Source of the DNA: Octopus bimaculoides
Taxonomy: Eukaryota
Reading direction: 5' to 3'
Length of the DNA: 64,000 nt
Assembly: GCF_001194135.2 (NCBI RefSeq)
Contig: NC_068985.1
Span: forward strand, 9,380,508 to 9,444,507
This document shows, one piece after another, positions 1 through 64,000 of this stretch; position 1 is the first letter of the stretch; every line of letters begins with the position of its first letter. The translations under genes were made by a program, and so were the position numbers. The notes beneath the pieces were generated by a model that saw only the letters and a list, made by a program, of their open reading frames with translations, was not told the origin of the DNA and made no database searches.

Positions 1-232
1 CGGTACGTGCGTCCGTTTGTTTCGCGTGAATGTGCGTCCGTCCCGGCGAAAACGAACGGTACATGCGTCCGTTCGTTTCGCCTGAACATGCGTCCATTCG
101 TTTCGCGTGAACGTGCGTCCGTCCCGGCGAAAACGAACGGTACGTGCGTCCGAACGAAACGAACGTCCTTGCGTCCGTTCTTTCGTATGCACGTACGTAC
201 GTCCGTCCGAACGAAAGAAGAAGAAGACTGAT
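1..232. repeat. CpG-rich degenerate minisatellite (56-bp unit with 25-31-bp subunits), cut by the window edge
   Basis: cggtacgtgcgtccg restarts at 1, 57 and 138. Confidence 0.8.
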
Positions 233-1495
233 CGTGGTCGATGACGGTATCACCTGAGTGGCCTTCGTGCCGGTGGTATGTAAAAAGCACCCACTACATT
301 CACGGTGTTGTTGGCACTAGGAAGGGCATTCAGCTGTAGGAAACTTGCCAGAACAGATTGGAACATGGTGCTGCCTCCTGGCTTGCCACTCCTCAGTCAA
401 ACCGCTCAACCAATGACAGCATGGAAAGCAGATGTTAAACAACAACAATGATGATGATTATGATGACTTGACTGGCCTTCCATCACTAAACATCTATGAT
501 AAGAACAAAGGAACAGCTATTGTCATTCTGATGATGTCCCCTTATTTATACATATCTACTGGCCATAATAAAAATTGAGTGGTCCCTATATATATATACA
601 TACTTTTCTAGTGTTGAGCCTCATGCAGGCAATGACAAATGACCGAGATATTTGGGATTATGTCATGCTAAGGAAGAAGACCCATCAAGCCAAGTGAAAT
701 TGTAGCCATGGCAGATACTGGTGTCACACAAATGGCACATAAAAACACCCATTACACTCTTGGAGTGGTTGGTGTTAAGAAGGGCATCCAGCCGTGGAAA
801 ACCAGGCCAAATCAGACTGGAGTCTGGTGCAGCCTTCCAGGTTACCAGTGCTGGTCAAACCATCCAACCCATGCCAGCATGGACAATGGATGTTAAATGA
901 TGATGATTAATCTGATAGGTTACTCTATACTAAAACTACCGACCCATCCTATACCTGCCTACCAAAAAGGATACACCTAAATATTCACACCTGCTTACAT
1001 AGTTCTACATACATGAATAAATTCTAAACAATAACATGACTTGTAATTTAATCAATAAAAATTTCTCCAAAATACCTCTCCATAACAATCCACCCTACAA
1101 CCTAATTATCACTCCACGAAGCTCAAGAGTGATTTTAAATCAACAGAGAGAATATAAAACCAAGATTAACTTCAATGCATTGCAGTCCAATAATGGCTTA
1201 ACAGGCTGAAAATTCAAAGTCATCGTCAATAATATTCTTGTTTAAGAATAATAAATATATAATGATTTCACTTAGGCATTGTTAGAATTCAAAACATTTA
1301 AGCTTTAGAGTACAGCATTAGGAGAGTACATAGCATAATATCAATTAATAAATGACCAAACGACCAGGAGTTACGTAATTACCTTCATTAGCTTACAGAT
1401 GTTTCGGCTGCAAGTAGCCAAGCACTCTTATTTAAATGCTTTCCAAAATAAATATATAATTCCTGTCATTGCCTGGAGGACTATGATGACTAAGA

Positions 1496-2985
1496 GTCCT
1501 CAGCCCCCACTTATCATCGTCCTCCAGGCAATGACAGGAATTCAAGACAGGATGCTGCTGGGAGCACCTCTATGCCGATGACCTTGCTCTAATAGCCGAG
1601 TCACTACCAGAGCTAGAGGAGAAGTTTTAGGTGTGGAAGCAAAGTGTACACTCAAAGGGCCTTATAGTCAATCTAGCAAAATCCAAAGTCTTAGTAAGAA
1701 GGAAGGCAGACAAATCACAAATCCTTTCAGGTAGATGGCCCTGCTCGATCTGTAGAAAAGGTGTAGGTAGAAACTCCATAAGATGTGCCCAGTGTAAGCT
1801 ATGGATACAGAAGAGGTGCAGCAATATCAAAGGAAGGTTGACTAGGAAGATAGTTTTTGTGTGTGACAGATGCACAGGGGCAATAAACACCGAAGATGTA
1901 CAGAAAACAGATTCCATCACATGCTAGGGGGAAAAAATAGAAGTAGTTGACAGCTTCCGTTACCTAGGTGACCAAGTCAGTAGTGAGGGTGGATGGTCTA
2001 AGAGCATAGCTGTTAGAATAAGAATAGCCTGGACAAAGTTCAGAGAGCTGCTACCTCTGCTGGTAACAAAGGGCCTCTCACTCAGAAGGAAAGGTAGACT
2101 GTATGACGCATGTGTGCAAACAGCCATGCTACATGGCAGTGAAACATGGGCTGTGAGTGTTGAGGACAGGGGTAAGCTTGAAAGTAATAAGGCTAGTATG
2201 CTCCGCTGGATGTGTAATGTCAGTCTGCATATGCAACAGAGTGTAAGCACCCTGAAAGAAAAGTTGGACATAAGAAGCATCAAATGTGGTGAGCAAGAGA
2301 GACGACTGTGCTAGTTTGGTCATGTTATGTATGGATGAAGACAGCTGCATAAAGAAGCGCCACACCTTAACAGTGGATGGAACCAGTGGGAGAGGTAGGC
2401 CCAGTAAGACCTGGGATGAGGTGGGAAACATGACCTTCATACGCTGGGCCTCTCAGAGGCAAAGACAAATGACAGACCTTTGAAGATATGCTGTGCTTGA
2501 GAAGACTCGGCAAGCCAAGTGAGGCTGTGGCCTAGGCCAGTGTCACATAACCGGCCCATTTAAGAGTAGTCTTCAATCATCAGGCAATATACTGTTAAGT
2601 CAAGTGAAATCGTTGTCATAGCCATTGCCAGTATTGCCTGACTGGCGTCTGTGCCAGTGGCACGTAAAAAGCACCGTTCACGCGTAGTTGAGGCCAGTGC
2701 TGTCTAACTGGCCCCCATGCCAGTGGCACATAAAAGGCACCATTCAAGCGTGGTCATTGCCAGAGCCGCCTGAGTGGCTCCCGTGCCAGTGGCATGTAAA
2801 AAGCACCCACTATACTCTGAGAGGTTGGCATTAGGAAGGGCATCGGCCATAGCAAACCATGCCCAATCAGACCAGATCCTGGTGGAGCCTTCCAGCAGGC
2901 CAGCCCAGTCAAACTGTCCAACCCATACCAGCATGGACAATGGACATTAAGTGATGGTGATGGTGATGACGATGATGATTTCATT
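1496..2985 (+). mobile_element. 5'-truncated, decayed RTE-clade LINE (RT C-terminal half, PHD-like insert, 3' UTR, (GAT)n tail)
   Basis: WEHLYADDL at ~1560-1585; LGDQVS, LHGSETW and GRGRP motifs; stops and frameshifts. Confidence 0.88.
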
Positions 2986-4633
2986 CCACTAGCTCAGAGA
3001 AAGGCATAAGATGTTGCACAAGCACTCAGTTTTGTGTAATGCTTTCTATAGCAGAAACAGCTGTAAGCTTATGAAGGTTATTGCATTATCCCTGTCCTTT
3101 TATCATTCATTAATTGACATATATATATATGTGTGTATATATACATACAAATGAAATAAAAGTGTAAAAATGTCAACATTTGATCAAATCTGAATACAGA
3201 ATATTACACTACATACATGCAAAGAAAGGCACCATTTCAACCATTTTTCTATAGTAGTATGTTTTTTGTTGTATTTTTCATTTTTATTTCTTTTTATTTA
3301 CAAATGATACAAACATGTTTTACTCTAATATATATACATATATGCGTGTATATATATATATATATCCTATATACGATATAAGACATCACTGTTAATAACC
3401 ACGAGATCTGACTACTCATTACATTATTACACCATTAGAACAGTTTGTTGTTGTTTTTTTTTTCTCTTCTTCCAGATCTGGGCTAATTGAGACAGTGTAC
3501 AGCTGACAAGATAATGGCTAACTTCCAGAAAAAGACTCTCCAGCAATGTTTAACAATATGTTCATCTTTGTGCTTTTTTTCTTTCTTTTTTTTTTTATTA
3601 ATTCCATTATTATTATTATTATTATTATTTATAATCTTGACACACTGTCTAGAGACATCATCTTCTTTAAAACCAGCCACAAACTTGAAGTTTGTAGTTT
3701 CTAGTGAGCAGTATTTAACTTTCTAAGCAATACAACATACATACATACAACATGATAGTTTGGGTTTTTTTGTTTAAAATCACTGTACAGATTTAACATT
3801 GAAGTTTGTTTACTTAATCATTCAGTCGTTTGAACTCGAAAGATTTATGCTTTATCTTGCATTTTAGCATAGAGGTGAGGGACATCAGTCAGTTCATAGT
3901 CAGATATTATATAATGAATCCAGTTCAAGCCGGTAAAGTATATCATGTCAGAGTAACGAGTGTTCGTCGTTTGGTTTATTTCTGGTAAACGAGGGTCAGA
4001 TAAATCGGAAAACCTTAGCATGTAGTCACCAAACAAACAAACAAACAAACAAAACAGTAAACTTCATAAGAATAATAATGATGGTTTTTGACATAAAACC
4101 AAAAATCTCAAGAGGTACAATTGATGGAATCAAACCCCAGTATCCTACTGGTACTCATACATTTTATCAGCCAGTAGATTTCATTTAACAATTTAAAATT
4201 TTAGCACAAGGCCAGCAATTTCGAGAGAGGGGGTAAGTCAATTACATCTACCCTAGTGTGTAACTGGTACTTATTTTATCGACACCAAAAGGATGAAAGC
4301 CAAAGTCGACCTTGGCAGAATTTGAACTCAGAACCCAAAGCCAGAAGAAATGGTGCTAAGCATTTTGCCTGCTGTCCAAACATCTCTGCCAGCTCACTGC
4401 CTTAATAATAATAATAATAACCCTTTCTACTGGAAGCACAAGGCTTCAAATTTGGGGGAAGGGATTAAGTCGATTACATCGACCCCAGTATGTAACTGGT
4501 ACTTATTTCATCGACCCCAAATGGACGAAAGGCAAAGTCAACCTTGGCGGAATTTGAACCCAGGATGTAGCGATGGGCTAAATACTGCTAAGTATTTCAC
4601 CTGGAGTGCTAACGATTCTGGTAGCTCGCCACC

Positions 4634-4669
<36 letters not shown>

Positions 4670-6569
4670 GCTTTCAAATTTTGGCACAAGGCCAATAATT
4701 TTAGTGGGGATAGAGAGTAAGTCAATTACATCGACCCCAGTGTTAAACTGGTACTTTATTATATCGACCCCCGAAAGGATGAAAAGCAAAGTTGACTTTG
4801 GTCGGATTTGAACTCAGGACACAAAGAGCCAGCAGAAATGTCACTAAGCATTTTATCCAATGCATTAAGGATTCTGCCATGATAAAAATAATAAAGATTT
4901 CTTAGATAGACAAAAAGCCATGAATCTGGGGATAGGGAGCAACTAATTATACTGAACCTAATATTTGACTGGTTCTTATTAACCCCAGAAGGATGAAAGG
5001 ATAAAATTGACCTCATTGGGATTAAGGATTTCTAAACAGGCACAAATCTGGGAGGTAGGGATAGTCGAGTAAATAGTAAATTTGGTATTTTATATTAATT
5101 AATCCCAGAAATGAAAGGAATAGTTGATCCCATAAGAACTGAACTCAGGGAAAAAATGTAGTTAAATATTCAGAAAGGCATTTTGTCCAGCACTTAACCA
5201 AATCCGCCACCAACTTCCCTTTAATAATAATATTAAGGATTTCTCATACTTGTAATAATAATTTCTTATATAGGCATTAAGCTAGAAATTCCTTAATTTG
5301 AGCCCCAAATAATGCCATAAAAAGAATACAGGGGACAGACTCTGCAAACAGTCTCTGTGAAATGTTTTTCGGTTTCTGGTAATATTTATATGTCTACCTT
5401 GTTTCTATGCGATTCATCGTACATACAGAATCAATACAACACTGAGATTACCTCTGTGTGTAGGATGTCAGGAAAAAGATTTTAGATTTACATATATGTA
5501 TATATTCAGAAATTTACTTACATCATAACAAACCATATTTCTTTATGCAAAGAGCAACATTGTTTGATTTTTTTGCAATATTTTCTTTCATCAAGTGTTC
5601 CAATATCCTAAATATTTTGTACAAATTGTGATAGTCATTCCAGTTGGTATTTACAAAGAAAGGGGTTTTGTCTTCATCAAGCAGCTTCTCCTGCTGGACT
5701 TGACATATTGCAGGCTTTTATAAATAATAAAATATTAAAAAAAAAAAAAAATCAGAGAGAAAGATGGAAATGATCCCTTGGGAGTTTTGTCATGTTAGTC
5801 TTTGCAGGGGACACACACACATAAACATAATGCTAGGGGGGAAATTATCTAAAAAATAAATTTTTTACTAAAGGGGATAGACAAGAAAAGAAAAGAAAAA
5901 TAGATTCTAGCCATTTCTTTTAATAACTGAATCTTTAAATCGAAAAAGTAAAAGGCAACAATTAAAAACCAAATTGAAAAAAGGAATCGTTAGGTGTGTT
6001 GTTTGGAAGGAAAGCAACAGAAAATTCTAAAAACAGAGGATTTGAAGCTGATAGAATTGAATAGCTAACTCACCGTTAAATACAACACATACTTTATAGA
6101 ACAAAAACATGTGTTCACCATGAAGTCTACATTAACGAGAAACCAAAACTAATTGAGACATCAAAGATCACAAAAATGATTTATGGGAGATTTGTTCTTC
6201 AAAATGGAACTTTAAAGCATTTTAATCTTTGTAGAATCTATTATCATTCAGATTTCTTTTTTCACATACATAAGCAAATAGTAGAAGTAACAATGTGGGT
6301 TTAAGAATAGCTTAGATCAGTGGCTCCCAGGGTCACATGTGAGCTTCAAGCTTTCTTCCAACAGACGTCCCTCTCTACATACAATAAATATTTCCTTGAG
6401 TGACTTATGTTTTGGTGCGGCCCCCTAAAAAACATCCAGGTTTTGGACCTAACCTGGATATTAAACAGGTTGAAAACTGGTTTGGGTACATTATCTTCTT
6501 TCTTTTTTCTTTTTGGTGGATTTTCAAGACATTCTGTTTGAGAAAACCAGCTGCTCTTGGTCTAACTAC

Positions 6570-6822
6570 TAACTTTGAACTATCTAGCATTAAGATCACA
6601 GGTTCAGGACAACATTTCAACTAAGTTTGAACTAATTATTGAGTAATTGTTTGAAGCCAACATCTCAAGTAACTATGAACTAGTTATTGTTGGGTCACAG
6701 TTTCAAGCCAACATCTCAGCTAAGTTTGAACTAGATTTTATAGAACATTGTTCGAAGCTTACAGTTCAGGTAACTACAAATTAGCTATTATTATTGGCTC
6801 ACAGTTTCAGACCAACATCATT
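6570..6822. repeat. Degenerate ~50-bp tandem array with alternating unit types
   Basis: Recurrent tttgaacta / aagccaacatctca / cacagtttca. Confidence 0.6.
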
Positions 6823-7396
6823 TTTAAATGCAATATCACAAAATATAAGCCTTTGCAGGAGGGGACTAGAGCCTTTCAGTTTTTTTACAGAGTAAGCCAA
6901 TTTAATACATATTCAGTTATAAGATGAACATTTTCAATACCTGTCAGACCTCCTCTGAACACTTATAGCATGTTGAAGGCAAGTTAATAGACTAAAGATG
7001 CACATATCACTTTATGGCAATGATAATTCCTTTGCCTTCCTACAAGTTAATTTTTTTTTTTGAAACAAATATTATATATGATTGTATTTGTGTAGAGTTG
7101 GCAGTTGGAGGGATAGAAAAACCAAAATACAGAGAATTTCGAAGCAGTTGCCCACCCTGAGAGAAACAGCCATGAGATTTCCTTCAAATCATATCCTACT
7201 GTCTTAAAAATAAAGAACACACTAGATACTGTAGTCCTAGATACATTTGTGTCTACAAAGAAAACTTGGCAGAGTCACAACTAGAACTCCTTAAACAATA
7301 AGGTTTGGTTGATTGATATTTATCAGAGCCTAAACAACTCCTCTTCTAAGAACTTTTCTATTCAACTCTGTATTGACTGTTCCACTACAAAATATA

Positions 7397-7509
7397 CAGG
7401 GTGGGTACATGGAGTAAATAAAATAATAACATAAACAATTAAATATAAGAAATAATAATTTCTTAAAGTATGTGTTAATCCCATGTACCCAGACTTTGTG
7501 GACACCCTG
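7397..7509. mobile_element. Tc1/mariner-type MITE
   Basis: ta|cagggtg ... caccctg|ta. Confidence 0.6.
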
Positions 7510-10326
7510 TATATCAAGGAAAGAGAGAAGATAAAATAATCCATTTTATATATATACACAAACATATTTATGAATGCTTATACCTACATACATACACATT
7601 ATACATGCACACACATATAAAGATACACACATACATACAGATTGTATGTATATATATATATGATATATATATATATACACACACAAATATATATCATCAT
7701 TTTTAAGTGGACATTCAAATGATGGTGATACATACCTACATACATACATACACACACACACATATATCATCATCATCATCATCATCATCATTTAACGTCC
7801 GCTTTCCATGGTAGCATGGGTTGGACGATTTGACTGAGGACTGGTGAAACCAGATGGCTACACCAGGCTCCAATCTGATTTGGCAGAGTTTCTACAGCTG
7901 GATGCCCTTCCTAACGCCAACCACTCAGAGAGTGTAGTGGATGCTTTTACGTGCCACCAGCACGAAGTCCAGTCAGGCGGTACTGGCAATGGCCACGCTC
8001 AAAATGGTGTATTTTATGTGCCACCCGCGCACACACATACACATGTAGATCACATCCATATACATGAGTGTGTGCGCATGTATTTCTAGATAGATACACA
8101 CACATATACATATGGGTATACATTGTTTTTACTTCTGTTTCTCCATATATATATATATATATACATACACATACATACATACATATAAACACCCACAAAC
8201 ATTTAACTTTCATTAACTTGGCAATACTTTGCAACAGAACAATTGAATCAATATATTCTTGTATTTCTGCAAAAGCATTGCCTGGTTATTAAAAGTAATA
8301 CCGACTCTGCACATGTAATCTATTGAGTACTTTCTTGTACATGTGTGTGAGCATGCATGCATATATGTATGTGTGTGTATAGGGCAGAACATTATTCCTA
8401 TAATGTCGATTATACTTAGATACACGCAGTCAACATTTAGAAACCAAACTTCTGTTACATATTGTACAGAACCATTCCAAGACCTCTTTCTCTTTCTCTC
8501 TGACAAATCATCTCATGTATTACAATCCAGGTTGCAGCATCCACTTCAATGAGTTGTGTTACGCTTTTATTCCTCTATCTTTAACTTCCTCCTTTTCGTT
8601 TCGCCTTTTTATTTACATAATCCACATTCTCGCTTCTTTTCTCTCCGCTATCTTTCTTCGTCTGTCTGACACCGATTCACACTCTGACATCACAGACCAC
8701 ATCTAAATGACGACAGCTACAAAAACAACAAAACAGAAAAGCCTCAGTATTGTATTATTATCATTATTATTGTTGTTGTTGTTGTTCTTGTTATGTGTAT
8801 AAATATTTACCTCCGTCTCTCTTTCTCTCTCTCTCTCTCTCTTCATCTGTTTGACTAGAAATATAAATATTTAGGGCATAGAAATCACTGGAGACTTATC
8901 TAAGACCATATCACTACAACCACAACCACAACAACATCTAACAAGCAGTCAAAGACCGAGCCAAGACCCATTGCCTAAATTATGGGGACATCAGAGGATG
9001 ACCTAAACAACTGCCAGAAGTGAATTTGAGACACAGATGAAGAAAGAAAGAGGGCAGAGGTTCTAATTCATCAGTTTCGTTTTATTTGTCTTATATCTAT
9101 CACACCTGCACCCCAGGACTTGCAGTTTCAAATGAGAACGACACTTGGAAATTATTCTTTTGGGGAAGGGCAGGGAGGAATGATTTTTTTTTTTCTAGTA
9201 TTGAGTCATGGCCAGAATAAAATTTAAAGAAAAAAAAATCATTGCAAGATTGAGATTGAAAGAGAAAGAACAAGAGATTGAAAGAGAGAGACAGACAGAC
9301 AGACAGATAGAGAAAGAGAATTGTGGGTAAAAGAACTGGAATTCTTCACAGAAATTTTCGTAATACCTTGCAGGATATATCTCTACCATTTTGCATTTGG
9401 CACAGTCACAACACCTTTGAGTTAATTCCACTTCATCCTTTAGTTTTTTTTCTCTTTCTTTATTCATTCATTTTTTACTGATGATCTTTAGACTATATAT
9501 ACATATATTCTATACTCTTATATATATATTTTCTTCATANNNNNNNNNNNNNNNNNNNNNNNNNNNNNNNNNNNNNNNNNNNNNNNNNNNNNNNNNNNNN
9601 NNNNNNNNNNNNNNNNNNNNNNNNNNNNNNNNNNNNNNNNNNNNNNNNNNNNNNNNNNNNNNNNNNNNNNNNNNNNNNNNNNNNNNNNNNNNNNNNNNNN
9701 NNNNNNNNNNNNNNNNNNNNNNNNNNNNNNNNNNNNNNNNNNNNNNNNNNNNNNNNNNNNNNNNNNNNNNNNNNNNNNNNNNNNNNNNNNNNNNNNNNNN
9801 NNNNNNNNNNNNNNNNNNNNNNNNNNNNNNNNNNNNNNNNNNNNNNNNNNNNNNNNNNNNNNNNNNNNNNNNNNNNNNNNNNNNNNNNAAGTTTTCTCTT
9901 CTTTTGTTGCTTTTTTTTTTGTTTCATTTTGTTTTGTTCTTCTTTCAAAAAAAAATTGAAAACACCCCACTGCAGTCAATGTTGACCATCAACAATAAAA
10001 CCAAACCACAGCAGGAAGCTTTGGAAATAATTCACACATATATATATATATATATATGTATATGCATATGTACATATACACACATATATATATATATATA
10101 TATATATGTGTATGTGTGGGGTAAATTAACAATTAAAAGAAAAAAAAAATATTCTTTTACAAAACATCAAACGCCCTCGATGCGGTTGACCGGTGGTAAA
10201 AACTGAACCAGAGGCGGTGCTGATTCTTAATGGAACAGCACCATGCAAAATAAACTTCACTTGACGGTGGTCCTGCAGTGTGGGTAGGAAAAGGTGGGAT
10301 ATGTAAAACCGTAAATGCCCACTGTT

Positions 10327-63094
<52,768 letters not shown>

Positions 63095-63559
63095 CTAAAA
63101 TAAGAAAAGAAAATATCGATAAATATACTTTTTAATTATTCATATATAAATAGGCACAGGAGTGGCTGTTTGGTAAGTAGCTTGCTTACCAACCACATGG
63201 TTCCGGATTCAGTCCCACTGCGTGGCACCTTGGGCAAGTGTCTTCTACTATAGCCTCAGGCCGACCAATGCCTTGTGAGTGGATTTGGTAGACGGAAACT
63301 GAAAGAAGCCTATTATATATATATATTTATGTGTGCGTTTGTGTATATGTGTGTGTGTGTGTGTTTGTCCCCTAACATCGCTTGATAACCGATGCTGGTG
63401 TGTTTACGTCCCCGTAACTTAGCAGTTCGGCAAAAGAGAACCGATAGAATAAGTACTAGGCTTACAAAGAATAAGTCCTGGGGTCGATTTGCTCGACTAA
63501 AGGCGGTGCTCCAGCATGGCCACAGTCACATGACTGAAACAAGTAAAAAAATATATATA

Positions 63560-63613
<54 letters not shown>

Positions 63614-64000
63614 TGTGTTTGTGTGTGTGTGTGTGCATGTGTATATACACACACACACACACATATATATATATAAAAACCAAAATGGAAATTGCAGTTG
63701 TGGCCAATGCCAGCGCCGCGTGACTGGCACCTGTGCTGGTGGCACATAATAAGCACCATTCAAGCATGGGTTGATACCAGTGCCACTCGACTGGCTCCCC
63801 ATGCCAGTGGCACATAAAAAGCACCATCCAAATGTGGTCGATGCCAGTGCCCCAAACTGGCTCCCTGTGTCAGTGGCGAGTGGCATGGAAAAGACACCAT
63901 CCAAACTCCTATCTCAAATAACTCTCTGGCCAAACCCATACAAGCATGGAAAAAAAACCCCAGATGTCAGACGAACAAATGAAGAGAAAAACCATCATTG

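Noticed and set aside
2625-2815. CRISPR-like array of palindromic repeats (also 37330-37690, 63700-63900)
   Set aside because: Units are contiguous tandem copies without unique spacers, lie in a LINE 3' UTR in a eukaryotic intron-rich locus, and no cas genes are present.
3476-3988. Plus-strand terminal exons after strong acceptors at 3475 and 3867
   Set aside because: Frames are short (SGLIETVYS*, IEVRDISQF...YFW*), unrecognisable, and no upstream plus-strand exon was found; not excluded, but unsupported.
5522-5714. In-frame TGA just before a gtaagt donor as a selenocysteine codon
   Set aside because: No selenoprotein motif or SECIS identified; another frame or chance explains it equally well.
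5721-5751. AATAAA plus A15 as a retrocopy or plus-strand poly(A) site
   Set aside because: No target duplication or recognisable parent; A-runs are common here, and it may just be the polypyrimidine tract of a minus-strand acceptor.

Overview
AT-rich, intron-rich animal genomic DNA. The repeat complement suggests an octopus (inference). About 53 kb is the 3' part of one minus-strand gene, a WDFY3/ALFY (Blue cheese) ortholog. I traced 36 coding exons (10327-63094, about 1,900 codons) by hand, with consistent splice phases, through the PH-like, BEACH, WD40 and FYVE domains to the stop codon. One intron is GC-AG, one exon runs into an assembly gap, and the 5' part of the gene lies beyond the window. 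Introns and flanks hold RTE and CR1/L2 LINE remnants, several tRNA-headed SINE families with swapped heads and tails, TTAA, TA and hAT-type MITEs, microsatellites and nine N gaps. Two observations stand out. (1) A Penelope-like element family whose terminal repeat carries a tRNA-like Pol III cassette followed by a minimal hammerhead ribozyme motif, often as inverted pairs. (2) A 380-bp near-perfect palindrome built from two head-to-head tRNA-like units. No intact tRNA, rRNA or CRISPR array was found. Protein and family names come from recalled motifs, not from database searches.
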